Below, in pieces: positions 26,853 to 39,224 of a DNA stretch of 64,000 nt (the first letter of the stretch is position 1; each line of letters starts with the position of its first letter). This stretch comes from Chiloscyllium plagiosum (taxonomy: Eukaryota), in contig NC_057719.1 in NCBI RefSeq assembly GCF_004010195.1, positions 4,054,897-4,118,896 on the forward strand. Reading direction: 5' to 3'. Under the pieces are notes generated by a model. It was not told the origin of the DNA. It was given only the letters and a program-made list of their open reading frames with translations, and made no database searches. A program made the translations under genes and the position numbers.

Positions 26853-27015
26853 GTTGAACTTCTAGAAGCAGCTTTGGAACATAATACTATAGTTTGTTTA
26901 AATACTGGCTCAGGGAAGACTTTCATTGCAGTGCTACTTACAAAGGAGCTATCTCATCAGATCAGGGGACAATTCAACAAGAATGGATCACGGACTGTGC
27001 TTTTGGTTAGTTCTG
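26853..27015 (+). CDS. DICER1: DICER1 exon 3 (Hel1, Walker A)
   Basis: 163 nt; ttgcag|GTTGAA to TCTG|gtaagt; [54 protein letters not shown]. Confidence 0.97.
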
Positions 27016-28440
27016 GTAAGTACTTTTTAAAATAATTGTTTGAGTGCAGCAAGTAATCAGGAAAGCTAATGGAATGTTGGCCTTTATTTCAATGTGGTTG
27101 GAGTATAAGAACAAAGAAAATTACAGCACAAGAACAGGTGCTTTGGCCCTCCAAACCTGCGCCAATCCAGATCCTCTATCTAAACCTGTCACCTATTTTC
27201 TAAGTATCTACACCCCTCTGCTCCCTACCCATTCATATATCTGTTTAGATGCATTTTAAATGGTGCTATCATGCCTGCCTCCTCCACCTCTCACTTTGAA
27301 CTCATGACCCCTAGTAATTGAGTTCCCCACTCGGGAGGGGGGAAGATGCTTCTTGTTGTCCACCCTGTCTACACTCCCATGACCTCAATTAGTTTCTCCC
27401 CCCCCCCCCCCCCCCCTCAATCTCTGTCTTTCTAATGAAAATAATTCTTATCTACTCAACCTCTCTTCATAGCTTGCACCCTCCATACTAGGCAACATCC
27501 TGGTGAACCTCCTCTGCACCCTCTCCAAAGCATCCACATCCTTTTGGTAATGTGGCAACCAGAACTGTTTGCAGTATTCCAAATGTGGCTGGACTAAAGT
27601 CTTATACAACTCAAACATGACCTGCCAACTCTTGTACTCAATACCCTGTCTGCTGAAGGAAAGCATGCCATATGCTGCTTTGACCACACTATCAACTGCG
27701 TTGCCACCTTTAGGGAACAATGGACCTGAACACTCATCTCTCTGGGCATCAACGTTCCCCAGGACTTTTCCATTTACTGTATAGTTCACTCTTGAATTGT
27801 ATCTTCTAAAATGCATCACCTCTCATTTGCCCAGATTGAACTCCTCCTGCAATTTCTCTGCCCAACTCTCCAATCTGCTGTACTCTGTATGTTCTGCTGT
27901 ATTCTCTGACAGTCTCCTTCTCTATCTGCTACTCCACCAATCTTAGTGTCATCTGCATACTTATCAGACCACCTATACCTTCCTCCAAATCATTTATGTA
28001 TATCACCAGCAACAGTAGTCCCAGCACGAGTGCCTGTGGAACACCACTGGTCACAGTTCTCCAGTTTGAGAAACTCCCTTCCTCTGTCTCCTGTTGCCCA
28101 GCCATTTCTTTATCCATCTAGCTAGTCCACCCTTGACCCCATGCAACTTCACTTTTTCCATCAGCCTATCATGGGAATCCTTATCGAACACCTTGCTGAA
28201 GTCTATGTATATGACATCTACAGCCTTTCCCTCATCAATCAACTTTGTCACTTCCTCAAAGAATTCTATTAGGTTGGTGAGACATGACCTTTCCTGCACA
28301 AAACCATGATGCCTATCACTGATAAGCTCATTTTCTTCCAAATGTGAACAGATCCTCTCCCTCCGTATCTTCTCCAGCAGCTTTCCTACCACTGATGTCA
28401 AGCTCACTGGTCTATTATTACCTGGATTATCCCTGCTTAA

Positions 28441-28634
28441 GGAGAAAGTGAGGTCTGCAGATGCTGGAGATCAGAGCTGAAAATGTGTTGCTGGAAAAAG
28501 CAGCAGGTCAGGCAGCATCCAGGGAACAGGAGAATCGACGTTTCGGAAGAAGGGCTTATGCCCGAAACGTCGATTCTCCTGTTCCCTGGATGCTGCCTGA
28601 CCTGCTGCGCTTTTCCAGCAACGCATTTTCAGCT
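28441..28634. mobile_element. Young PLE terminus-derived foldback insertion (72-bp hairpin)
   Basis: Arms 28475-28546 and 28562-28634; ttatccctgcttaa duplicated at 28427-28440 and 28634-28647. Confidence 0.9.
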
Positions 28635-28706
28635 TATCCCTGCTTAAACAAGGGGACAGCATTGACATTTCTCCAGTCCTCTGGGACCTCACTTGTGTTC
28701 AAGAAT

Positions 28707-29100
28707 GTTACGGTTCTGTTCGCCGAGCTGGGAATTTGTGTTGCAGACGTTTCGTCCCCTGTCTAGGTGACATCCTCAGTGCTTGGGAGCCTCCTGTGAA
28801 GCGCTTCTGTGATCTTTCCTCCGGCATTTGTAGTGGTTTGAATCTGCCACTTCCGGTTGTCAGTTCCAGCTGTCCGTTGCAGTGGTCGATATATTGGGTC
28901 CAGATCGATGTGCTTATTGATCGAATCTGTGGATGAGTGCCATGCCTCTAGGAATTCCCTGGCTGTTCTGTTTGGCTTGTCCTATAATAGTCGTGTTGTC
29001 CCAGTCGAATTCATGTTGCTTGTCATCTGCGTGTGTGGCTACTAAGGATAGCTGGTCGTGTCGTTTCGTGGCTAGTTGGTGTTCATGGATGTGGATCATT
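28707..29100 (-). mobile_element. Penelope-like element 3' end (GIY-YIG C-terminal part), third family
   Basis: IHEHQLATKRHDQLSLVATHADDKQHEFDWDNTTIIGQ (ORF 28914-29108); hammerhead motif in the terminus. Confidence 0.8.
28743..28782 (-). ncRNA. Minimal type I hammerhead ribozyme motif
   Basis: Minus strand gca CTGAGGA T GTCACCT agac AGGGGAC GAAA CG TC tgc: intact core, stem I gca/tgc, longer stem II, ACGU palindrome, GUC triplet. Confidence 0.7.
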
Positions 29101-29667
29101 ATCCACATATCGTTTATCCATAGGACAAACAGGAAGTCCGCTAACGATCCGCAATTTGGACTACTTAAGTACTGCTCTGGAAAACCCTCCTGGATGCTTC
29201 TTACAAATTGTGCTCCATCTAGACCTTCAACACTAATTGAATCCCAGTCAATTATGGGAAAGTTAAAAATCTCCCATCACCAAGACCCTGTTACTCCTAC
29301 ATCTTTCCATAATCTCACATATTTGTACCTCTATCTCATGCTCACTGTTGGGAGGCCTGTAGTACAGCCCCAACATTGTTACCACATTCTTTTGATTTCT
29401 GAGCTCTGTCCATATTGCCTCACTGCTTGAGTTCTCCATAGTACCCTCCTTCAGCACAGCTGTGATATCCTCTCTGACCAGTAATGCAACACCTCCTCCC
29501 CTTTTACTTACCCCTCAATCCCGCTGAAGCATCGATATCCTGGGATATTTAGTTGCCAATCATGCCCTTCCCTCAACCAACTCTCAGTTATAGCAATAAC
29601 ATCATACCCCCAATTACTAATCTAAGCCCTATGTTCATCTGCCTTACCTACTACATTTCTTGCAGGT

Positions 29668-29970
29668 GGTGGCACGGTGGCGCAGTGGTTAGCACTGCTG
29701 CCTCACAGCACCAGGGTTCCAGGTTCAATTCCAGCCTCGGGCAACTGTCTCTGTGGAGTTTGCACATCCTCGCCGTGTCTGCGTGGGTTTCCTCCGAGTG
29801 CTCCGGTTTCCTCCCACAGTCCGAAGATGTGCAGGTCAGGTGAATTGGCCATGCTAAATTGTCCATAGTGTTAGGTGGGAAATGGATCTGGGTGGTTACT
29901 CTTCAGAGGGTCAGTGTGGACTTGTTGGGCCGAAGTGCCTGTTTCCACATTGTAGGCAATCTAATCTTAA
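29668..29970 (+). mobile_element. HE1/V-SINE-like SINE
   Basis: ggcacggtggcgcagtggttagcactgctgcctcacagc head; aatctaatct tail. Confidence 0.85.
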
Positions 29971-31228
29971 AAATAAATGCACCTCAGACCACCAGTCCCT
30001 TTGCATTCATCTTTGCCTTAGTTACACTGACTTCATTATCTAATTCCTTACAGGCTTTAGTTATTACCTTCTGACTTCCCACTAACCTCTTCGTTTGGTT
30101 CCTATCCCCCTGCCACATCAGTTTAAACCGTCCCCAACAGTATTAGCAAAAACACCCCCAAGGACATTGGTTACAGTCCAGCCCTTGTGTAAACTGTCCA
30201 ATTTGTAATATTCCCACCTCCCTCAGAAGAGGTCCCAAAGTCCCAAAAATCTGATTTCCCCCCTGCACCGTGTCTCAAGCCATTCATCCTGCCTATTCTT
30301 TCATTTCTACTCTGACCAGCATATGGCCCTGGTAGCAATCCTGAGATTACTACCTTTGAGATCCTACTTTTTAACTTGGCTCCTAACTCCCTAAATTCAG
30401 CTTGTGGGACCTCATCCTGTTTTTTACTTATCGTTGGTGCCTATATGTACCATGGCAATTGGCTGTTCACTCTCACTTCAGAATGTTCTGCGGCTGATCT
30501 GAGACATCCTGACTTGTGCATCTAAGAGGCAACATATCATTTGGGAGTCACATTTTTGACCACAGAACCACCTATCTGCTCCCCTTACAATTGAATCCCC
30601 TATGACTGTAGCCCTTCCACTTTTTTTCCCACCCTTCTGTACAGCACAGCGAGCCACAGTGCCATGAACCTGGCTACTGCTGCCTTCCCCTGGTGAGCCA
30701 TCTCCCCTAGCAGTATCCAAAACGGTATACCTATTTTGGAGGGAGATGACTAAATGGGGCACCTGCACTGCCTTCCTGCTCTTTCTCTGCCTTTTTGGTT
30801 ACCCATTCCTTTTCTCCCTCAGCAATCCTAATCTGCAATGTGACCAATTCACCAAACATGCTCTCCACGACCCCCTCAGCATCGCCTATGCTCCAAAGAG
30901 TGGTGAAATGTTATTGCAACTGTACAAGGTGCTGGTAAAACCGCATTCAGTGTACTCAGCAGTTGTAGTCCCCTTGAGTAAAGATAAAATTTTATTGGAG
31001 GGACTTCAGACAAGGTTCATGAGGATGATCCCTGCTATGGAGAGATTGTCCTATGAGCAAAGGCTAAACAGGTTGGGACTCTATTCACTGAAATTTGGAA
31101 AAACAAGAGTAAATATATATGATTCCTACAGGGCTTGACAAATTAGATGTTGAGAGTATGTTTCCCTTCATGAGAAGGTTAGGACCAGACAGGATATTAA
31201 GGCGATACTTATTTAAGACCCATTTAGA

Positions 31229-32105
31229 AGTCATACAACACCAGGTTATAGTCCAACCGGGTTATTTGAAACCACAAGCTTTCAAAGTGCTCCTCTTTTG
31301 TCAGGTAAGTGAAGAAGAATACACAGGCACAGAATGTATAGGCAGAGAGTTCAATAGGCAGAAAGATCATACAAGTGGTATGAATGGAATGTCGAAAGGC
31401 TGAGTTATAAGTTTCTGTAGGTGATCAAAAGTGTCCGACTGTGTGAATAAAGTGTCAGTAACTGAATTGCAAATGAAGGGATGACCAATGATCTGATTAA
31501 TTGAGGCAGAGAGATAATTGCAAAAAAATTAAAATAAGGTGGAATAATGTGCTAGGTATAAGAGTTGCATGCTGAGGGTCAAAGCAAAGGAACAAGTAAT
31601 CCACAGCTGTACAAACTAATTGAGGTACATCATAACAAGTTATCAAGATGGTGTCAGAACCGGACAGGATGAAGATTTTTACAGGTATAGAACAGTAAAG
31701 TGGGTTTACATGCAGCGCAGCATGAACTCAAGATCATGATTGAGGCAGTCTTCATGGATACGGAACTTGACTCAGTTTCTGCTCAGTGATTGTGTTTCTC
31801 AACAGCCACCTTGGAGGGTGCTTACGCAAAGATTGGAGATTGAATGTCCTTGATTGCTGAAGTGTTCCCGACTGAGAGGGAACACTCCTGCCTGGCATTT
31901 GTTGTGCGGTGTCCATTCATCATTGTCATAGCGCCTACATGGTCTTGCCAATACATCATGCCTCAGAGCATGCTTGCCTGCATCTTGTGTGGTAGACAAC
32001 ATTAGCCGTGTCACATGAGTATCTCCCATATACGTGGTGGGTGGTGTTGCCACACGTGATGATAGTAGTTATGTTAATGATCTGACACGTCTTGCAGAGG
32101 AAGTC
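31229..32105 (-). mobile_element. Penelope-like element 3' part (GIY-YIG endonuclease plus terminus)
   Basis: GRYSCDTANVVYHTRCRQAC (ORF 31956-32171); terminus caacaccaggttatagtccaac shared with 1244 and 25865. Confidence 0.75.
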
Positions 32106-32299
32106 TGAGATGAGGATCTTCTGAAGATTGAGAGTCTTTGAAACTTTTTGAAGAGAGCGCTTTTGGAGCAAGAGTCCTTGCGTGTATTTATGGCTGAGAT
32201 ATACTCTAGATAAATCAGGAAAAGGGCAGTAAAGTAGACATTAGGAGTGTCAACATGATCCTGTTGAATGGCAGAGCAGGCTCAAGGGGCCAAACTGAA

Positions 32300-33974
32300 C
32301 AGGAGTAAATATTTCTTATGGTCTCATGGATGTGAGCATCATTGGGTTGGTCAGCATTTTTTTGCTCATCTCTTTTGCTCTGTAGAAAATGGTAGTGAGC
32401 GTTTTTCTGAACTGCTTAATGTTTAGTGTGTAGCATCCACAGCGCTGTTTGGGAAAAGTTCTCGAATTTTGGCTCCGACAGTTAAGGATCGGTGATAAAG
32501 TATGCAACATGGAGATAGGTAGTAGTGTTCTCATGTTTCTGGTGCTTTTGTCCGTCTAGGTATTGGTGAGACGGGAGGTAATTCCTTCAGAATTCCTAGC
32601 TTCAAACCTGGTCTTGTAGCCAAAACATTTATATGGCTGATCCTGTTCAGTTCCTAGTCAATGAAAATCCCACCAGGATGCTGTTAATGGAGGATTCAGT
32701 GATGATAATGCCATTGAATGTCACAAGGTGATGGTTAGATTCTGTCTTTTGGAAAATGATCAGTGCCCAGCACTTGTGTGATGCAAATGTTATTTGCTAC
32801 TTGACAGCCAAACCTGAGTGTAGGCCAAGTCATACTGCATATTTTCATTCATTCATGTGACATGGGCAACGCTGGCTGGCCAAAATTTTTATTGCCCATG
32901 CCTAGTTGCCCTTGAGAAAGTGGTGGTGAACTACCTTGAACCACTGCAGTCCAAATGTTGTAGATAGACCCGCAATGCCCTTCTGAAGAGAATTCCAGGA
33001 TTTTGACCCAGCAATGGCAAAGGAGCAGCAATCTGCTTCTAAGTCAGGAAGGTGAATGGCTTGGAAGGAAATTTGCAGGTGGTTTGGGAAACTTGTTCCC
33101 CAGTCTGTGCTGCCCATGTCTTTTGGGATGGAAATGGCTTGGAAAGTGCTATCATGTAGACAATCATCATTTACGGGATGAGGGTGTTGCTAGCTTACCA
33201 GCATTTTATTACCCATCGTAATTGTCCAAAGGGCAGTTAAGAGTCAGCCACACTTCTATGGGCCGAGAGTCCCACCTAGGCCAGACCAGGTAAGGATGGC
33301 AGTTTTCTTCCCTAAGGGCATTAGGAAACTAGATGCGTTTTTCCAGTAATCAGCAATGGATTCATGATCATTTTTAGGTCCTTTTTAATTCCAGGTATTT
33401 TTAATTGAATTGAAATTACACCTGCCACAGCAGGTTTCGAAGCATGTCCCTCGAACATTGGTTGGGTCTCTTGATTAACAGTCCAGCGAAAATACCACAA
33501 GGCCTTTGGCTCCACTACGGGAAGTTGTACACAAATTTGGGAAGCTACTCACTGTAGTCATCTTATCGTCTGGCCTGCTTTTGTAGCCACTGTTTATGTA
33601 GTGAATTTATGGTTATTGATAAACTCCCTGCTACCCAGGTGTTGACAGTAGAGGATTCAATGATTGTAACACCACTGAATGTCGAAGGGCAGTGGTCAGA
33701 TTGTCCCTTATTGGAAATTATAATCGTCTGGCATGAATGTTACTTTCCACTTGTCAGTCCAAGTCTGGATATTGTCTACGTCTTGTTGCACTTGAACATG
33801 GGCTGCTCTCGTACCTGAGGAGCATGAATGGCACTGAACATTGTGCAGTCGTTGACGACCGTCCCCGTTGCTGATCTTCTGCTGAATAGAAGGTCATTGA
33901 TGAAGCAGCTGAAGATGGATGGGCCTGGGGCACAACCTTGACGTCTGAGATGACTGACCTCCCAACAAGTGCAG
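32300..33974 (-). mobile_element. Mosaic of L2/CR1-clade LINE fragments and a SINE (about 33170-33515)
   Basis: SFAIAGSKSWNSL C-terminal motif (ORF 32902-33117); GPSIFSCFINDL RT motif (ORF 33776-34012). Confidence 0.65.
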
Positions 33975-34026
33975 AGTGTATTGCTGCAAGAGCACAGCAG
34001 GTCAGGCAGCATTGGAGGAGCAGGAA

Positions 34027-34062
34027 AATCTACGTTTCGGGCCTGAGCCCTTCATCAGGAAT
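34027..34062 (-). ncRNA. Minimal type I hammerhead ribozyme motif
   Basis: Minus strand attc CTGATGA A GGGC tcag GCCC GAAA CG TA gatt. Confidence 0.65.
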
Positions 34063-35983
34063 GAGGCTGGGAGCCTCCGGTGGAGAGAGAAATGGGAGTG
34101 GGGCTGGGGCTGGGGTGAAGGTACTGAGTGCACAATAGATGGATGGATGGAGGAAGGGGTAAAGGTGATAGGTCAGAGAGGAGGGTGGAGCAGATAGGTG
34201 GGAAGGAAGATTGACAGGTGGGACAGGTCATGAGGGCAGTACTGAGCTAGAAGTTTGGAACGGGGAGGGGGGGGGTGGGGGGAGGGAAAATGAAACTGGT
34301 GAAGTCCACATTGATGCCCCGAGGCAGAAGATAAGGCATTCTTCTTCCAGGTGTCAGGTGGCAAGGGAGTGGCATGAGGAGGCCCAGGGCATGCATGTCC
34401 TCAGCAGAGTGGGAAGGGTAGTTGGAATGTTCGGCCACAGGACAGTGGGGTTGATTGGTGCGGGTGTCCCAGAGATGTTCTCTAAAGCACTCTGCGAGTA
34501 AATGTCTAGTCTCCCCAGTGTAGAGGAAACTGCATCGCGCGCAACAGATATAATAAGTGACGTGTGGAAGTGCAGGTGAAACTTTGATAGATGTGGAAGA
34601 CTCGTTGGGGCCTTGGATGGAGGTAAGGAGGGGAGGTGTGGGTGCAGGTTTTGCAATTCCTGGGGTGGCAAGGGAGAGTGGCTTTTTAGGGGGCGTGGAC
34701 CTGACCAGGTAGTTGCAGAGGGAATGGTGTTTGCGGATAGGGATGGGGAAAGAAATATATTCATGGTGGTGGGCTCCATTTGTAGATGGAGGTTGGTGAG
34801 GTGGAAGGTGAAGACTTGGGTGGGGGGGGGGGGGGGAACGGTGTTCTGACCTTGTTGTGGTTGGAGGAGTGGGGTTCAAGGGCAGAAGTGCAGGCTGTGG
34901 ATGAGATGCATTCGAGGGCATCTTCAACCACCTGGGAGGGGAAACTTCGGTCTTTAAAGAAGGAGGCCATCTGAAGTGTTCTGTGGTGGAACTGGTCCTC
35001 TTGGGAACAGATGCAGTAGAGGCGGAGAAATTGGGAATGCTGGATAGCATTTTTTTGCATGCGGTAGGGTGGGAGGAAGTGTAATCCAGGTAGCTTTGGG
35101 AGTCGGGCTAGTTTTTTTAAAAAAATACCAGTGTTGAGTCGGTCCTCATGGATGGAGAGGTCTAGAAAGAGGAGGGAGGTGTCAGATATGGTCCAGGTGA
35201 ATTTAAGATTGGGATGGAATGTGTTAGTGAAGTTGAACTGTCCAGCCTCCTTATGGGAGCTGGGTGTGGCGCCAATGAAGTCATCAGTGTAGTGGAGGAA
35301 GAGGTGGGGAGTGGTGCTGGTGTAACTCCAGAAGATGGATTGTTCTGTGTAGCTGACAAAAAGACAGGCATAGCTGGGGCCCATGCGGGTGCCCATGGCT
35401 ACCCCTTTTGTCTGGCGGAAGTGGGAGGATTGGAAGGAGAAATTGTTGAGGGGGAGGATCAGTTCAGCCAAGTGTATGAATGTCAGTGAAAAGGTACTGG
35501 TGGGGACATCAGGAGAGGAATAAACTGAGGGCTTGGAGGCTCTGGCCATGGCGGATGGAGGTGTAGAGGGACTGGATGTCCATGGTGAAGATGAGGCATT
35601 GGGGGCTGGGGAAACTGAAGTCTCTGAAGAGATGGAGACCGTGGGTAGTGTCTCAAATGTATTTCTGGAGTTCCTGGACCAGGGGGATAGGATAGTATCG
35701 AGGTAGGTGGAGATGAGTTCAGTGGGGCAGGAGCAGGCTGAGATGATAGGACGGCTGGGGTAGTCAGGTCTGTGGAGCTTGGGTAGGAGGTAGAATCTGG
35801 CGGTGCAGGGTTCCCCACTGAGGTTAGAAGTTGTGGGTTGGAGATCCCCTGAGGACAGCTGTCAATCTCCCTTCCCACCTATCACCTTTACCCCCACCTC
35901 CATCCACCGATTGCACTCTGTTACCTTCTCCCCAGCACCACCCCCTCCCATTTATTTCTCCATCCCGGAGGCTCCCAGCCTCC

Positions 35984-36019
35984 TTCCTGATGAAGGGCTC
36001 CAGCCCGAAACAACATCGA
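35984..36019 (+). ncRNA. Hammerhead ribozyme motif with expanded loop III
   Basis: ttc CTGATGA A GGGC tcca GCCC GAAA CAACA TC ga; core intact, stem I only 2 bp. Confidence 0.5.
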
Positions 36020-36115
36020 TTTTTCCTGCTCCTTGGATGCTGCATGACCTGTTGTGCTTTTCCAGCAGCACACTCTTAACTTTGATCTCCAGCATCTGCA
36101 GCCCTCACTGTCTCC

Positions 36116-37665
36116 CAAGTACAGCCATCTTTCTATGTGTCAGGTATGACATCAACCAGCTTGCCCTTTTAGTTACCATTGATTCTCGTTTTGCTAAGGG
36201 TCCTTGATGCCACACTTGGTCAAATGCAGCCTTGATGTCAAGTGCTCTCATTCATCCCTCTGGAATTTAGCTCTTTTGTCCATGCTTGAACCACTGCTGT
36301 AATGAGGTCAGGAGCAGAGTGGTCACTGAGCAGCTTATTGCTGAGCAGGTGCTGCTTGAAAGCACTTGATGATACTTTCCATCACTTTACTGATGGAGAG
36401 TAGACTGATGGGGTGTAGTTGGCCAGATTGGATATATGCTGCTTTTATGGACAAGATGCAGCTGGACAACCTTCAACATTGTTGGATAGATATCAGTATT
36501 TTAACTGTACTGGAATTGTTTGGCTGGATGTGGCAAGTTAAGAGCACAAGTCTTCAGTACTGTTCTGGAATGTTGTCAGAGTCCACATTTGCAATAGCTA
36601 GTGCCTCCAAGTTTCTTAAAATCACATGAAGTGAACTGCTTTGGCTGAAGACTTGACATCTGAGATGCTGAGGATCACAAGAGGAAGCTGAGATGGGTCA
36701 TCCACTTTGTACTTCTAGTTGAAAATCACTTCAGCCTTCTCTTTTGCACTGATGTGTTTGGCTCTTCTGCCATTGAGGATGGGGATATTTATGGGGCTGC
36801 CTCCTCTACTGAGTTGTTTAACTGACCCCCACAATCCATAACTGGATGTGGCAGGAATGCAGATCTTAGATTTGATCAGTTTGGTTGTGGGATTGCTTAA
36901 CTGTCTGTCAATTGCTGCTTATGCTATTTGGCATGCAAGTGGTCTGTTTGGTAGCTTCACCTGGTTGATGATGCCTCTTTTTCAGGTATGCCTGGTGGTG
37001 TTCCTGACATGCCTCCTGTACTTCCCATTGAACCAGTGTTTATTCCCTGGCTTGATGGTAATGGTTGAGTGGGAGGTGGGCTTGGCCATTACGTTGCAGA
37101 TCATGTTCAGGTACAATTCTGCTACTATTAGCCCACTGTGCCTCCTGCATGCTCAGTCTTGAGTTGCTGGATAAATTTGACGTCTGTCCTGATCAGCACA
37201 GTGATAGTACCACACAAAACGATGGAGGGTCCTTTCAATGTGAAGGCAGGACTTCACTTCCACAGGGACTGCAGTGGTTAGTCTTAATGATACTGCCTTG
37301 CATAGATACATCTGTAGCAGCAGATTGGTGAGGATGAGATCAATAATAATTTTACCCGTTATTGATTCCCTCACCACCCACCAGGGACTTAATCTAGCAC
37401 CTGTGTCCTTTCGGACCCAAACAGCTCGATCAGTAGTGCTTCTGCCATGCCACTTTTGGTAATGGACACTGAAGTCCCACCCACAGGATATTTTGCACCC
37501 TATCACTCTGTGCTTCCATCAAGTGTTGTTCAACACGGAGAAGTACTGATTCATCAACTGAGAGAGGATGCTAAGTGGTAAATCGAAAGACGATTTCCCT
37601 GCCCACATTTAACCTGTTGTCATGAGACTTCAGTCTATGTTGAGGGCTTTCAGGTGACTGCAGGT
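36116..37665 (-). mobile_element. L2/CR1-clade LINE ORF2 continuation (RT N-part and endonuclease), host of the PLE at 33975
   Basis: cacacttggtcaaatgcagccttgatgtcaag reads LDIKAAFDQV on the minus strand; IDLILTN endonuclease motif (ORF 37153-37506). Confidence 0.75.
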
Positions 37666-37669
37666 GACT

Positions 37670-39205
37670 TAGAGTCATAGAGATGTACAGCACAGAAACA
37701 GACCCTTTGGTCCAACCCATCCATGCCAACCAGATATCCCAATCCAATCTAGTCCTGCCTGCCAGCACTTGGCCCATATCCTTCTAAACCCTTCCCATTC
37801 ATATACCCATCCAAATGCCTTTTAAATTTTGCAATTGTACTAGCCTCCACCACTTCCTCTGGCAGGTCATTTCATGCACGTACCACCCTCTGCATGGAAA
37901 CGTTGCCCCTTAGGTCTCTTTTATATCGTACCAATCTCACCCATACCTATGCCCTCTAGTTCTGGACTCCTGCACTCCAGGGAAAAGACTTTATCTATTT
38001 ATTCTATCCATGCCCCTCATTTTATAAACCTCTATAAGGTTACCCCTTAGCCTCCGACACTCCATGGAAAACGGTCCAGCCTGTTTAGCCTCTCCCTATA
38101 GCTCAAATCCTCGAACCCTGGCAACAATCTTGTAAATCTTTACTGAACCCTTTCAAGTTTCACAATATCTTTCCGATAGGACGAAGACAAGAATGGCACG
38201 CAATATTCCAACAGTGGCCTAACCAATGTTCCTGTACAGCTGCAACATAACCTCCCAACCCCTGTACTGAATACTCTGAACAATAAAAGAAAGCATACCA
38301 GCCACCTCCTTCACTATCCTATCTACCTGTTTTCAAGGAGCTATGAACCTACACTCCAAGGTCTCTTTGTTCAGCAACACTCCCTACCATTAAGTGTATA
38401 AGTCCTGCTAAGATTTGCTTTCCCAAAATGCCGCACCTCACATTTATCGGAATTAAAGTCCATCTGCCACTTCTCAGCCCATTGGCCCATCTGATCAAGA
38501 TCCTGTTATAATCTGAGGTAACATTCTTTGCTGTCCACTGCACCTCCAATTTGGTGTCATCTGCAAACTTACTAACCCTACCTCATATGCTCACATCCAA
38601 ATCATTCATGTAAATGATGAAAGGTAGTGGACCCAGCACCGATCCTTATGGCACTCCACTGGTCACAGGCCTCCAGTCTGAAAAACAGCGCTCCTCCACC
38701 ACCACCTTCTACCTTTTGAGCCAGTTCTGTATCCAAATGGCTAGTTCTCCCTGAATTCCGTGAGATCTAACTTTGCTCATCAGTCTCCCATGGGGAACCT
38801 TGTCGAACGCCTTACTAAAGTCCATGTAGGTCACATCTACCACTCTGCCCTCATCAATCCTCTTTGTTACTTCAAAAAAACTCAATCAAGTTTGTGAGAC
38901 ATGATTTCCCATGCACAAAGCCATGTTGACTATCCCTAATCAGTCTTTGCCTTTCCAAATACATGTACATCCTGTCCTTCAGGATTCTTTCCAACAACTT
39001 GCCCACCACCGAGGTCAGGCTCACTGGTCTATAGTTCCCTGACTTGTCCTTACCACCCTTCTTGAACAGTGACACCACGTTTGCCAACCTCCAGTCTTCC
39101 GGCACCTTACCTGTGACTATGAATGATACAAATATCTCAGTAAGAGGCCCAGTAATCATTTCCCTAGCTTTCCACAGAGTTCTAAAGTACACCTGATCAG
39201 GTCCT
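37670..39205 (-). mobile_element. CR1-like LINE 3' 1.5 kb
   Basis: VPEDWRLANVVSLFKKGGKDKSGNYRPVSLTSVVGKLLE and HGFVHGKSCLTNLIEFF (38872-39279); 3' tail at 37670. Confidence 0.92.
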
Positions 39206-39224
39206 AGTATTGGTATTGAGGTAT

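Larger units (their letters stand above)
27108..30893 (-). mobile_element. Long internally deleted CR1-like LINE (ORF1 esterase, endonuclease, RT) with nested insertions
   Basis: ORF1 VIGDSIVRGADRWFCG (30478-30768); APE GLYYRPPNS and VMGDF (29263-29457); RT SLTSVVGKLLE, DFSKVFD, GVPQ, YINDL (27929-28407); C-terminus LVQPHLEYC (27448-27819). Confidence 0.9.
33975..36115 (-). mobile_element. 5'-truncated Penelope-like element (RT plus GIY-YIG, frameshifted) with an inverted copy of its terminus
   Basis: RT NNFSFQSSHFRQTKGVAMGTRMGPSYACLFV, YTDD, FHPNLKFT (34761-35549); endonuclease YYICCARCSFLYTGET...FREH (34247-35050); inverted arms about 33975-34180 and 35865-36075; caagtRcag at 33966-33974 and 36116-36124. 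Confidence 0.92.

Noticed and set aside
28475..28634. Conserved microRNA gene
   Set aside because: Near-perfect repeat-derived stem with a target-site duplication and no mature miRNA that I recognise; kept only as a candidate substrate
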